A model generated the notes under the pieces. That model was not told where the DNA came from. It saw nothing but the letters and a program-made list of their open reading frames with translations, and did no database searches. A DNA stretch of 64,000 nt, from contig NC_091475.1 in assembly GCF_036971445.1 (NCBI RefSeq), positions 2,294,001 through 2,358,000 of the forward strand, written 5' to 3'. The position numbers and the translations under genes were made by a program. The stretch's first letter is position 1. Each line of letters starts with the position of its first letter. This document shows positions 50,201-62,148 of this stretch, piece by piece. The stretch is from Narcine bancroftii. Its lineage: Eukaryota.

Positions 50201-52521
50201 TTTTTCCTTTGGATTAAAGCATGACAATCTAAGGTGAAGCACCCCTGTTCCCCATCTTACAGATGGCAATTACTGTCACCAGAACACACTTAAAATTGAT
50301 TTTTTTATTGATCCTAGAAAGTATATCAGGTAAAGATACACAAAGAAAATGTAGAAGAAAATCCCACTAGTATGTTTATGGTGGCAGAGCTAGGCCAGGG
50401 GAAATTTGGTCCTTTGATGTATTAGAATTTTAAATTTATTGATAAGGACTTGTGACAAACCTTTACTGTATTTGTTGAAACGTCACCTGGATTAATTCAA
50501 AAACTATCCTGAGCTCATCTTACAAGCATTATATTCTGACTGCTTTTGTCTCAGGACTTCATATAGCAGAAGCTTGCAGATAAACTTGAGTCATATTACT
50601 GAGCCCAAATTCCTGTGTAATCATGGAGTCTACACAATAATTCTCCTATCATGCAGTGCAGGAACCATTACTGCCACCTTTTAATTTACTGTTGGAGAGC
50701 ATTGGTTATAAAGCTGCATTTATGGCCAATTCCTAAATGTCCAAAGACAGTAATCTTTGTGGAGCTGCAGTCCTTAGATCATGATTCAGCAAAGTTCTTA
50801 GTACCTGATAACAATGATAAGTGATTATGTCTTCCCCACATTGTGGTTCATTTGTCCTACCTGGTGGAGGTTATAGGGATGTATGTGCTGTAAGTCGAAC
50901 ATAAAGCCACACTTTGTCTCTTGAAAACATTTTCTTAGCAGGTGAAATTAATGGGAAATAAAAATGAGCATTGCAAACCTATCTGCCAATACTCGTGTTG
51001 TACTTGGACATAGAATAATGACTATTTTAATATATGAATGCTCCACTGCTGTGTTCAGGAGCAAAACTGCAAGATACGGCATCCTGAATTTTCCATAAAA
51101 AGTAACGAAATTATGTGATTGGCAAACAGTTCATCGTTGGTACACTGATCCGTATGTTTTATGAACTGATGCCGACTAGATTTTGTTTCCAACATTTCAA
51201 AGTGGTAAAGCTGTGAAAATGTACAAAACAGCAATCTAGCCTGTTCTTGATTAAAAGCAAATGCATTATATACCAAAGATAAATATTTAACATCAATGTG
51301 TATGTATTTATGGAGGGCCAATTTAAACATAGTTTAATAATGGAAGACATCTTCTATTCCCCCAAAATCAGCGTCCCCCCCCAGTCCCTGTGCTGTTCAC
51401 ATTTTTCAGCATGACCACTGCGGGAGCTCAATTCTCCACGTTTGGCTTTGAGGCTGCCTTGGCACAAACAGCCATCTGAACTCGCTGATAGCCAATAGGT
51501 CTCTGCACCTTACACTCACTCCCAGGCTCTCATAGTTATAAGTGCGATTGGGGCAATTTCATCGTAGGGACATGCAAGAAAAAAAATTTTTTAGAAGTCT
51601 GAAAAAACATCTCCACACACTAAAATGAATTAAATTTCCAAAACAAACAAATAATAAAAACAACCATTTACACTTCTTCCGGGAGCTAATGTCTTCCATT
51701 GATTTGAATGGGGAGCACGATTTAAAGCTCACTGGGTGCATTTCCCAGCCTGAGAGCTTGGAGAAGATGTGCTGGGCAATTAGATTTCCTGGGAAGTCCA
51801 CCACAACATCATGGGGCAGCCAAAGCCGGCAAAAACCAAACAGAAAATGCCATTGCCGGTTTTGACCTATACCACTGATGGAATACCTGAAAGTATTGGC
51901 ACTTATCCTGGCATCAGAGCAGAAACACTGAATTTACTTCAAATACTGCAATAGAATAGAAATTCTGTATCTGGTTAAAACTTTTTAATATATTTACGGA
52001 GATATTAGATGACTATCCTGTTGAAGTGAACGTCTTCCTAAAATGAGAAAAGAACCTCGTTGTCAACTGAAAATTAAAGTATGGCAGATGTTGAAAATCT
52101 GAAATAAAATAGAATCTGTGGAGAGAGAACAGTTAATGTTTCAGGTTGAAGTTTCTTCATCAGACTTCCATTGCAGTCAGAAGTTGTAATAAATTAATGT
52201 GACCATTTAATAATCCCTTGGATTACATTGCTTATTAATTTATTTTAAATGTATCTGCATTTGGTAGACAAAACTAGCCAATATAAGAGCAAGTTTCAAT
52301 TCAGAGGATTAAAAGGAAACAATTCCAAATTAATACTGTACGTGTACAAGCATCAGAACACCCCAACTGATCAAGGATAGTTTTTCCACTTACCACATTA
52401 TTGTGGTCCAGCAGAATCAGTTGCCAGGTTAGTTTTTTTAGATGTAGTGGTAAGCTTTGAAGCAGCAGTGTACTTACACATGAATGGACAGACACAAGGT
52501 TTTATCAGATTTACTGGATCA

Positions 52522-52950
52522 TTATTTCATGTACTCTTTTTCACTGGTATATTCCATAAATGATCCAGTCATATCTGCAAAGTCTTCCAGAACTAGGCTG
52601 GTTGAATCCTCACCAATAAGTTCACTGTGATCCAAAGACGATTTTTTTAAGGGAGATTCTTGAGGATTAAATGGGCTCTGAGGAAAATGATGGGGATTTT
52701 CTGCGATCTTCTCTTTCTCAGATTCCACAGATGGCGCTAATACATGGTAAAGACTTGGTAGACGGATGTCATAACGGACTCCACCCCTGCAGTAGAGCTT
52801 GTCAATAAGTGAGTAAAGTTTATCTGCGATGTCATTTCCTAGCAAAACAGTGAATAGGCGTGCAATGTAGTGATGTTTGGCCAACAGCAGATATAACTTC
52901 CTTCTCTTCCATGTTACATAGCAACAGTCTGTTTCTGCTGTCAGTGTCAC
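52522..52950 (-). CDS. POPDC2: Popeye domain-containing protein 2, exon 3 (long form; short form ends at 52614)
   Basis: tatttttcag|VTLTAETDCCYVTW..LLGNDIADKLYSL..DIRLPSLYHVL..GEDSTSLVLEDF..EYMK*. Confidence 0.95.
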   Translation of the reverse strand: MTLTAETDCCYVTWKRRKLYLLLAKHHYIARLFTVLLGNDIADKLYSLIDKLYCRGGVRYDIRLPSLYHVLAPSVESEKEKIAENPHHFPQSPFNPQESPLKKSSLDHSELIGEDSTSLVLEDFADMTGSFMEYTSEKEYMK

Positions 52951-53199
52951 CTGAAAAATAGAAATACTTTGAAATCAACAATAATACAGTCCAATAACAT
53001 TGAAATACTTAATTGTCGCATCAGAATTACTAAAATATATACAGTACAAATTCCTGGTATCACCAAATACAAATTTTCAGGATCATGGTCTGTGGACAAG
53101 TTATATATTCTATTTACTGTTGCATTATTTTCACAAATTCATTCATCTATGGAGTTTTGCCTAACGATATCTAGAAAATCAATCATTTGGTTACTGTGA

Positions 53200-54530
53200 G
53201 GCCTAGCAGCAAATATAAGGAAGGGAAGATCTACTGATTAGCCATTTTCAAATGGACACTTTGAGAAAGCCTGTGTTGAGGTTCAATGTGCTGCTGTTGA
53301 AGGCAAAATGTGGTCGTTGACGAGAAGGGTGTGCAGCAACAAGGTTTGGCATGGTAGAGTTTTTTTTATTTCTCTTGGATTATTCAAAGGAGCAGTGTTG
53401 GATGTGAAGATCAGGGACCAGTCTAGTGTCCAGAATAATTCCATTTAAGGAAGCAAATGTCCCTAATGATTATGTTTTAAGGAAACTGCATCTCCTCCCA
53501 GACTGCATGAATCAACTGGAGTGACAGAGGAGCTTTCAGAGAATCTTACGAGCCGGAGGTTCATGATGGTGATCACATCAAAGGTTCAGTTAGGTCGTTG
53601 GGTGACCACCAGGAATGGAAGACAGGTAGTGCAGGACCATGAACAGCAGTGTGCTGCAGGGATCATTCCTGTTATTCATCTATATTAATAATTTGAATGA
53701 GAATGTAGTTGGCATGGTTAGTAAGTTCGCAAGTGACACCAAAAATTAGTGGTGAGGTGAACTGTGGTGAAGGTTATCCAAGATTATAATACAGGTAGGA
53801 TCAAAATCAACTGGGAAAGAGGGTCAAAAATTGTTGATGAAATTTAAATCAGAGGAGTGTGGTGTTGCATTTTGCTAAGTTAAAACAAGCCAAGACTGGC
53901 ATAGTAAATGGCAGCCTGATGAGTGTTGTCGAATAGAGCAGCCTGAAAGTGGCAACACGGCCAACCTGATTGCCTTCACCAACATGGGAATTGAATTGGT
54001 ACATCATGGTGCAACTGTACAAAATCTTGGTGCAACCAGATTGTGTGCAGTATTGTGTACAGTTCAGTATTGTCTTGCTATAGGAAGATTGTAAGTAACT
54101 GGAAAGGGCACAAAAAGGACCCACAATGATGTTACGAAACTTAAGGGCTTGATTTACAAGGAGATGCAGGATAAGCTGCAGCATCTCTTCCCTGAAGAAT
54201 AGGAGGCTGAGGGGTGACCTTTATATAAAATCACAAGATAAATGGTTGCAGTCTTTTTCATCTTGCAGAGGAGTCTAAAACTAAAAGGCAGTGTTACAAG
54301 GTGAATGGAGAGACATTTAAAAGGAACCTGAGGGGCAACTTTTTGATATGGGTACATGAAATGAGCTACCAGAGGAAGTGGAAAATGCAGATACAATTAC
54401 AATGGATTGGAATGGTTCAAAGGGAAATGGGCCAAGTACAGTCGAATGGAACTCGCTCAGGTAGGAGCTTGATATGCATGAAGTTGGGCTGAAGGGCCTT
54501 GATATTGTGCTCTATGACTCTGACTGTATG
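53200..54530 (+). mobile_element. Old CR1-type LINE with large internal deletions
   Basis: Remnants IYINNLNE..VSKFASDT, MVQLYKILVQP, RRLRGDL, NLRGNF; tail CTCTATGACTCTGACTGTATGACT. Confidence 0.65.
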
Positions 54531-54852
54531 ACTATTAAGACACAAAGTGACTGTAGATGCTGACTATGGAGCTACTTGACCCACTGAGTTCCTCTGGTAG
54601 TCTGCTTTAGGTTTCTATGAGAACAGGAGCACAAGAGAATGTTTTTCCTGTTGGGAAAATCAACTTCGAAGAGATTATTTGGCACTGTTTATTTTTCCAT
54701 TATATACTCCTATGTCTACACATAATGAAAACTGCTAGTATAAAATTCATGTCTATTAAAATATATAGATTTGTCCAAAACTTTGGTTAATATGTTCGTG
54801 ATTCACGTTAAGCATCAAACAAGATTTTTTTAAATGAAGAAATTTGTATTAC

Positions 54853-54961
54853 TTGAAAACTGCCTTCTTCATTTGGCCGCAGGGATTCCCATTCTGGTGA
54901 GTCAAGGAACTGATAGGGAAAGATATAGTGCAGAAACTGTTGATCATGAGAAACACGAACC
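54853..54961 (-). CDS. POPDC2: Popeye domain-containing protein 2, exon 2 (cAMP phosphate-binding cassette)
   Basis: gtgttttatag|G VRVSHDQQFLHYIFPYQFLDSPEWESLRPNEEGSFQ|gtaata; 109 nt; not in the ORF track. Confidence 0.95.
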
Positions 54962-56499
54962 CTATAAAACACAAGATGTTAATGGTTGTCTTCAGAAAAT
55001 ATGTATTTTAATGAAAGTAAGTTTATTTGGAAGTTGTTTTTCAAATCGTCTCTCCATTTCAAGCAGAATATGCAGATAGTACACAAGTATTGTATCTCCT
55101 TAGCTCAACCAAAATCGATCTATATTTCTAAAGTAGGACTTTTCAACATTGGTTTCAGTTTGGTTTCTCAAGTATTAAACAAAAAGTAAGAAATCGCAAT
55201 ACAAAACCATTTAGGTTTACATCGTGATTCTTGCTTTTCTAAGCTATTTTAAAACTTGATCCATGTTCCATTACTTTTCTAGGTCACCTTTGAAATATGA
55301 TCCAAAATCAGTTCCTTTGCTCCTGCTTTTCAAAATGTATTTTTGAAAGGAATCACTAATTTAGGTTAGCAGATGATAATACGCTAATCAGGTCTGGGGA
55401 AATGATGATGTTGGTCCATCTGAATCAGAATTACTGATACATTTTTGTACAAGCACAGCATTCTCAGAAAAAAAAAATTATGATCATTTAGTTAATGAAT
55501 ATTCAACCTTTGTTGCATTAATAGATAGAGCAAAATTGTTTGAGGAACCAAAATAGCTGCAAAAGTAGTTGATTGGAGCAAGATCCTATTTGACTATAAA
55601 TTATATCTGTACCCTGTATGGAAAAATCGAGAATTGCAGCAAAAGTGACCTGTAATATATGGTGGGCTCGGTAACTGGGTTGAGCTTGTTGGCATCTATT
55701 TAAAATGATCTTTTGCATGGCTGAAGACGGGTAACATAATCAAATGAGTTTCCCTAGAATGATTATTGGTGTTTGTAAAAAAGGGCACAAAACTTTTCCA
55801 TCCATTCCCCAACTTTAATAACGTAGACTAGAAATTGTGCAATGCCTTAAAAGGTTCATGAAGGCAGCTTTGTGAGGCATTTACACAGCAGTTTTGTACC
55901 AGATTATTTGCCATCAGTTGAAAGCATTATGCACCAATAGGACAGGCTTAGTTCGGGTGGGGAAAACACAAAAGTCTGCAGATGCTGTGAATGTAGTAAA
56001 AAGACACGAAAATGCTGGAAGAACACAGCCAGTCTTTCAACATCCAGAGGAGACAAAGATCCAAACAAAGGCAAAGTTCAGCTGGGACTATGGATCACAG
56101 AGAGATGAAAAGGCAGGAGAAGAGGTAGAGATAATAGTTGGTAGAAACAGTATCAGAGTTATAAAAAAAATTGAATAGTGAAAGGGTAAATAGTTGATTG
56201 GGGACTTGCCTTTCAAATTATGGGTCAGAACACACCTTGATTGAAATAATACTGACTCGTTTGTGTAAAAGTGGATAACCAACCACATTACTGGGCGGAA
56301 GACTTGCACTGAATGGCGTATTGGGGGAGGAATTCTCTTTTGCTTCTCATACTCTGACTGTAAGAGGTGCTTCAGGCAATTTTTGCTGATGAGCAATCTT
56401 ATGCTTTACAGCAGAGGAAAGGCAATTTTGTGTAATATGACATTTTTTATTAAATGACAATAAAATAAATCTTGAATCTAATGTTTCTGAGACACAAAC

Positions 56500-56685
56500 A
56501 GCTGCTACCCCTCCATCATCAGACTCCTCAACGATAAACTCATTCAGGGACTTGCGTAAGGACACTTTTTCACTTTATTGTTTGTTTTGCACTACCAGTA
56601 AGTGGTGATTCTGCCTCAACCGCAGTAAAAAGAATCTCAGGGTTGTATGTGATGACATGTCTGTACTGTGACAATAAAACGGAAT
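56500..56685 (+). mobile_element. Rex1/Babar-type 3' tail
   Basis: CAGCTGCTACCCCTCCATCATCAGACTCCTCAAC...GACAATAAA, as at 10860-11135. Confidence 0.65.
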
Positions 56686-56969
56686 CTAACAGTGTAATTT
56701 GGATGCAGCACTGTATTGTAAACAAAATAAAAGAAAGACTGCAAATGCTGTAAATCTGAAACAGTTCTAACACCCAGCCAGTCAGACAGCATCTGTGGGA
56801 AGAGTTAATGTTTTAGATCGGAGCCCCTTTGTCAGAACTGTGGAATAGAAGTGATTTTAAATTGCAGCGAAGGTGGTGGGAGGAATGGATATGGACATAA
56901 TAGAGGCTCGTTCATATAGGGAATGAAGTAAATTATAGGTTTATTACAGTTCTCTGTATTATTGTTGAT

Positions 56970-57135
56970 CTTTTCTTTGGCTTGGCTTCGCGGACGAAGA
57001 TTTATGGAGGGGGTAAAAGTCCACGTCAGCTGCAGGCTCGTTGGTGGCTGACCAGTCCGATGCGGGACAGGCAGACACGGTTGCAGCGGCTGCAGGGGAG
57101 AATTGGTTGGTTGGGGTTGGATGTTGGGTTTTTCC
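56970..57135 (-). mobile_element. RTE 3'-terminal fragment with 8-bp TSD
   Basis: Same 3' end as the two long RTE copies; TSD TTGTTGAT at 56962-56969 and 57136-57143. Confidence 0.85.
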
Positions 57136-57596
57136 TTGTTGATAATAGCAAGATTATGGGATGTGTCAAGCACATAGGGGTACACTAATAGAGAGAGAAT
57201 AACTCAGCCAGTATCACAATGACTGTCTTACAGCAGAACTAACCCAGTTCTGATACAGGCAGAGGTAACAAGTTTCCCAAAGTTGGAAAACTTGGTACTG
57301 ATTCTAGAAGGCTGCAACATACCCAAGAACTTCAGTGCTGTTTGGGAGCCTCCCTCAACTATCTGGTTCAGTCACCACTGCATTGATGCTGCTTCCTGCA
57401 CGCTGACGTAACTTGTGTCTGCTGTGGAGACTGGTGAGCTGGATAGTGAGGTCCTTGGTCTGCCTGGGGCGAAGGGTGCACGCACACACACGCCCCCATT
57501 CCCTGTAGTCTTGATAAAGGGTCCAGACCCAAAATGTTGACTGGACATTACTACAAGACTGTGAGTCTTTCTGATGATGATCTTTCCTGATGATGT

Positions 57597-58828
57597 GAAA
57601 AGACACTCAAATGCTGGAGAAACTCAACAGATCAAACAGTGCCTTTATGTAGCAACAGTGAAGATACATCACCAACATTTTGGGCTTGAGCCCTTCATCA
57701 AGGTGTGGGGGAATATGAGAGATGTCTGAACAAAAGGGGGAGGGGCGGTGGTAAGGGTGGGAGATGATAGATGCGGGGTGACACACACGGGAGGAAGTGG
57801 GTGAAGAGTCTAGGCTAGGTGGAGAAAGGAAGAAGGAACTAGAATAACTAGTTAAAAGGGGAGAGTGGGAAAAGCAAGTGTATTAGTGGATTGGAATGAA
57901 CTCAGTGTTCATGCCCTGGGGTTGGAGGGTGCCCAGATGAAAAATGAGGGGTTGCTTCTCCAATCTGCAGGTGGTCAGGGTGGGGTCGTGTGAAAAGCCA
58001 CGGACAGACGTGTGAGCTTGAGAGTGTGACTCAGAATTGAAATGGTTGGCGACGAAGGAGATGCTGGGCGAAGTGATCTCTTAATCTGCGATTGGTCTCT
58101 CTGGTGTTGAGAAGGCCACAGAGGGTGCACCGGATGCAGTAAATGAGTTATTTGGAGGGACAGGCGACGGGTTGCTTCATCTGAAAGCTCTGTTTGGGAC
58201 CTCGGACCATGGTAAGGGAGGAGGTGTGGATGCAGGTATTACACCTCCTACGACCACAGTGGAAGGTGCCGGGGGCACGATGGGTGCGGAGGGAGCAGCC
58301 CCTAGGGAAGAATGGGGTGTGGAGAAGGAAAAATGTGTCTGGTGGAGGGGTCCTGTAGTAAGTACCAGAAATTCTGGTGGATAATTTGTTGGATGCAGAG
58401 GCTGGTGAGGTGGTAGGTGAGTCACACTCTCAAACTCGCCTGTCTATCCATGGCCTTTCACACTACCCCACCCTGACCATCCGCAGATGGGAGGAACAAC
58501 ACCTCATATTTAGTCTAGGCACCCTGCAACCCCAGGGCATGAACATTGAGTTCACCGGTTCCCCCCCCCCCCCCCCTTAACTCGTTATTCCAGTTCCTAC
58601 TTCTTTTCTCTTTCACCTAGATTAGATCCCTTCACCCCCCCACCTCCATCTATCATCTCCCACCCTCTTCCCCCTTTTGTTCGGACATCCCTTATGTTCC
58701 GCCACACCTTGATGAAGGGCTCCAGCCCGAAACGTGGGTGATGTCTCTTCACCTTTGCTACATCGAGGCACTGTTTGACCTGCTGAGTTTCTCCAGCATT
58801 TGTGTGTTCTTTCACTTCACCCCTTTGC
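57597..58828. mobile_element. Penelope-like insertion made of two inverted 3' parts
   Basis: Minus copy ~57597-58415 and plus copy ~58418-58815 (WEEQHLIFSLGTLQPQGMNIEF). Arms are reverse complements. CCTGATGATGT flanks both sides. Confidence 0.75.
58705..58740 (+). ncRNA. Minimal type I hammerhead ribozyme-like motif (probably inactive copy)
   Basis: CACC-TTGATGA-A-GGGC(TCCA)GCCC-GAAAC-GTG-GGTG. Stem I CACC/GGTG and stem II pair. Core has C3U, and G at the cleavage position. Confidence 0.55.
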
Positions 58829-59050
58829 CCTGATGATGTTGTCTCACCTACTGAATTTGACCTATCTGGAAATTCCTGGTTCTCGTTTTACTTTGCCCCC
58901 CCCCCCCCCCCGTTGCATCGTTTCAACCTTCACAATACAGAGCAAGAGTTGAACGAGGGAATTTAGCAAAGAACCACCTTTGCGCAGTTGCACGAAGTCA
59001 ATGAAAGCAGCGAGGAAGCAAAAGTGGGAGCACGTCTGCCGCCCTCCTAC

Positions 59051-59544
59051 CTGCCCGAGAGCAGCAGCGACAGGCGGTCGATCGCCGTTTTCCCCTCCAC
59101 CGCATAGTTCTGGTCGCCGGCTAGACTCATCACCTCGGCGTCGCAGCAACTCACGATCTCCTTGTAGACATGAAGAGGCACCTCCAACGGCCGGAACATG
59201 TTTTTATAAAGACTCGTGAAGTCCTCCTCGAAAGTGACTTTCCGGAGCCGGTAGCCAACGTGGGCGAGTTGAAGCAAGCAGATCAGAGAAAGGAACAGGC
59301 TCCACAGGAAGAGGTCCAGCCCGCAGGCATCGACCCAGCCCCACAGAGACTGGATGAAAAAGCCAATGGCCAAAAGGCTGAAAATATAAACGAGTCCGCA
59401 AAACCCGCTGCCGCTCATGTAGCCCAGTGTGAAAATGACATTGGCTAAGTGGAAAATGGCCCCTTCACTTCCATTCTGCAGAACCTGGCAGTCGAAGCCG
59501 TCGAACAAAATCGTCTGCAGGAAACTTGAATTGGCCCTCAACAT
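59051..59544 (-). CDS. POPDC2: Popeye domain-containing protein 2, exon 1 (three TM helices and start of the Popeye domain)
   Basis: MLRANSS (N-glycosylation sequon), EGAIFHLAN, WGWVDACGLD, YAVEGKTAIDRLSLLLSGR; donor AG|gtagga, phase 2. Isoforms of 343 and 337 aa. Confidence 0.95.
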
Positions 59545-60079
59545 TGTTCCTCAAAAGCCACACTCGGGGGCTTCAAGTTCGCCAACTGATCGAGCGGCCA
59601 AAGACAAAGCAGCGTGTGGGCGAGGAGAGAGCGAATTTGTCTTGGCAACAGAGCGAAGTTGCAGAGAAAAGGTTACCATGTTTGGAGTTGAAGCGCAAGG
59701 AGGAGTAGGGGGGGGGGGGGTGGGGGGACGGGACACAGATGGCACCGCTGATAAACGCTTCCTCAAACTTCAGATGACACCCAATCTAATACAGAAGAGA
59801 CCGTCAGCAACATAATCTGTGGAACTTATTCCGCAGCTCAAATTCTCAGCAATTGTTCCCTTCAACGTGAACGATCCCGACATGACTTCGTGCGGACCAC
59901 ATCGACAGGCAAGCCTCACTAAAATGTAGCCCGAGTGGGTCGGATGACTGAGCAAGGTTCTGTGTAAAAGCCTCACTCCACAATTGCTGCATTGTTGAAG
60001 ATACCAGCTTTTTTCCTGTACATTTTTTGTAAACTGACGGATTTTGGCATTCAACAAATTAATTGGGATTCTTATGAAT

Positions 60080-61760
60080 AATATGCTCACTCTTGCCCAG
60101 TTTGGAGTTCACCAGAATCATTTAGCTCCACACCCGATCACATCCTTGATCCAAATATAGACCAAAGAGCTGAATTCCAGAGGTGGGGTGATGATAATTG
60201 TCTTTAGCAGCAAGCAGCAGTTGACGAAGTGGGGCATTAAACTAGTTGTGGTTCTTGGTCAGTGATCTCAGCCTCAGGATATTATTGCAGGAATTTCTTA
60301 GGCCAGTGTCCTCGGACACATCATTTTCAGCTGCTTCATCAATGGCCTCCAATCTTTTTAAGATCACGAGGGAGGATGTTCGCTGACCTACCCTGAACCC
60401 ACACCTCTTCGTGCGTCAGGAAGGGGCAGCAGCACCTACACTTCCGAAGGAGGCTGAGGAGAGCAGCCCCCAATCTTGACAACATTTTACAGGAGCTCAA
60501 TTGAGGGCGGCTTGCCTGGCTACTTCATTGTGTTCAAGTTTATTATTATCATCTAATTGTTTAAGTACAACTGGACAAAACAGTGTTCTTCAGTCCTCAG
60601 TGTAAAAACGAGCAAACACATCTACAAACATAGCACTCAAATGATTTATATGCAGTACCTAGAAATCCATATGCAACTTGTGGAACACGAGCTCGAAAAC
60701 CTCCAATTGGAGTCAAAACAGAGGATCATTAAAGTGGCCAAGAAGATCACTGGGGTCTGCCTTTCCTCTATTATTGACATTCACGAGGAGAATTATTGAG
60801 GACCCCTATCATCCACCACACAGGATATACAGGAGCATCTTGATCAGGACGGCCATGTTGGGAAATAGCTTCTTCCTGCAGACTGTGAGACTGGTGAATG
60901 GTATCCTGGAACTTAGAAGTGAAACTTTGAGTAAATTATTCCAGAATATTTATACATATATATTTTCTGTATTATATATATATATATATATATGATTATT
61001 ATGTGCTTTGAGAGAAAGGTTTTGTGTGTGTGTGCGTGCGCGCGAGCATACCCACCCAATATGGCTGTTTCGTCTGGTTGTCTAGAAACAGTCAGATGAT
61101 AATAAACTTGATCTTGATGATTTTATAATATTCAATTCCATTTGCAACACTAAAGCAAATGAAGCATTCCATTACGACTTGCAGTAAGACTTTATAGAAG
61201 TCTCTGGCATGGCTGATAAGTGGCAAGTAATATTTATGCCAGGTGTTGGCCCTCACCAACAAAAGACAATCTATGAGCTACCTTCATATTTCTCTACTAC
61301 CAACAGTCAGGGAGATCATCATTGCCTAGAAATACAAATGTAACAGATACAAGAGCAGATTAAAAAACTCCAAAGCTTTTCTACAAGTCACATGTCAGTC
61401 GTGTGATTAAATGCCTGTGCCTTGATTGGATAAAACAACTCCAACTTTCAAGCAACTCAACAGCATCCAAGACTAGCACCAAATCTACCATCCAAAATAT
61501 TCCTTCCCTCCACCACCTGTACAAAATTGCAATGCTATAAAATGCAGTTATTCACCTAAATTAGTCATCAACTAAATTCACAGCCTCTATTTCAAAGAAG
61601 GTCTTCAAGTGTGCGTTTTACATTCCAATTGCATACCAGTCTGACTGGAAATGTCACCACCCTCTTATAGTCATTGAGACTAAATCCTACCCAACTGCAT
61701 TATCTTTCCCAAAACAAGGACAGCAGGTTCAAGAAAGAGGTTCACGAAAACAACTTCTAG
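60080..61760 (+). mobile_element. Cluster of old LINE remnants (CR1-like interrupted by Rex1-like 60390-61100), with (TA)n at 60974-60992 and (TG)n(CG)n at 61023-61044
   Basis: QFGVHQNHLAP, GIS*ASVLGHIIFSCFINGL, QRIIKVAKKITG, GNSFFLQTVRLVN remnants. Confidence 0.55.
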
Positions 61761-62148
61761 AATAGGTATGTGTAATAATGCTCACACTTTGTAATAACTA
61801 TGTGTCTGAATTGATCACTAAAGAATATAATAATCCAAAGAGGAATTAGACTTATCTTAAAAGTAAAATAGAGGAGCTATGAGGTTGTAGTTGAGACTTT
61901 AAATTGGTAACAATGAAGTATTCACCAATAAAATGAACTTAGAAAATTAATTTAGGATCAATGATTTCCGCAGCAAAACATTTAAAACTAATAGGGCTGA
62001 AACTCACTGGTAATGTCAGTGCATTGCTATTTAATCAAGCAACTCATCACAAAATGTTGTGCATGGCTGCCAATTGTATAACTCTTAGATGTTTTGACAG
62101 ATTTTTGATGCTGAATTGATCAACTTACTTCTGGTACAAAATCCAAGT

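Noticed and set aside
51340-51890. GC-richer block ending TATACCACTG, possible DNA transposon
   Set aside because: No matching left TIR or TSD found.
52522-59544. POPDC3 or BVES assignment
   Set aside because: The ANSS N-terminus and the GEDSTSLVLEDF and APLAPTQTPEL tails match POPDC2.
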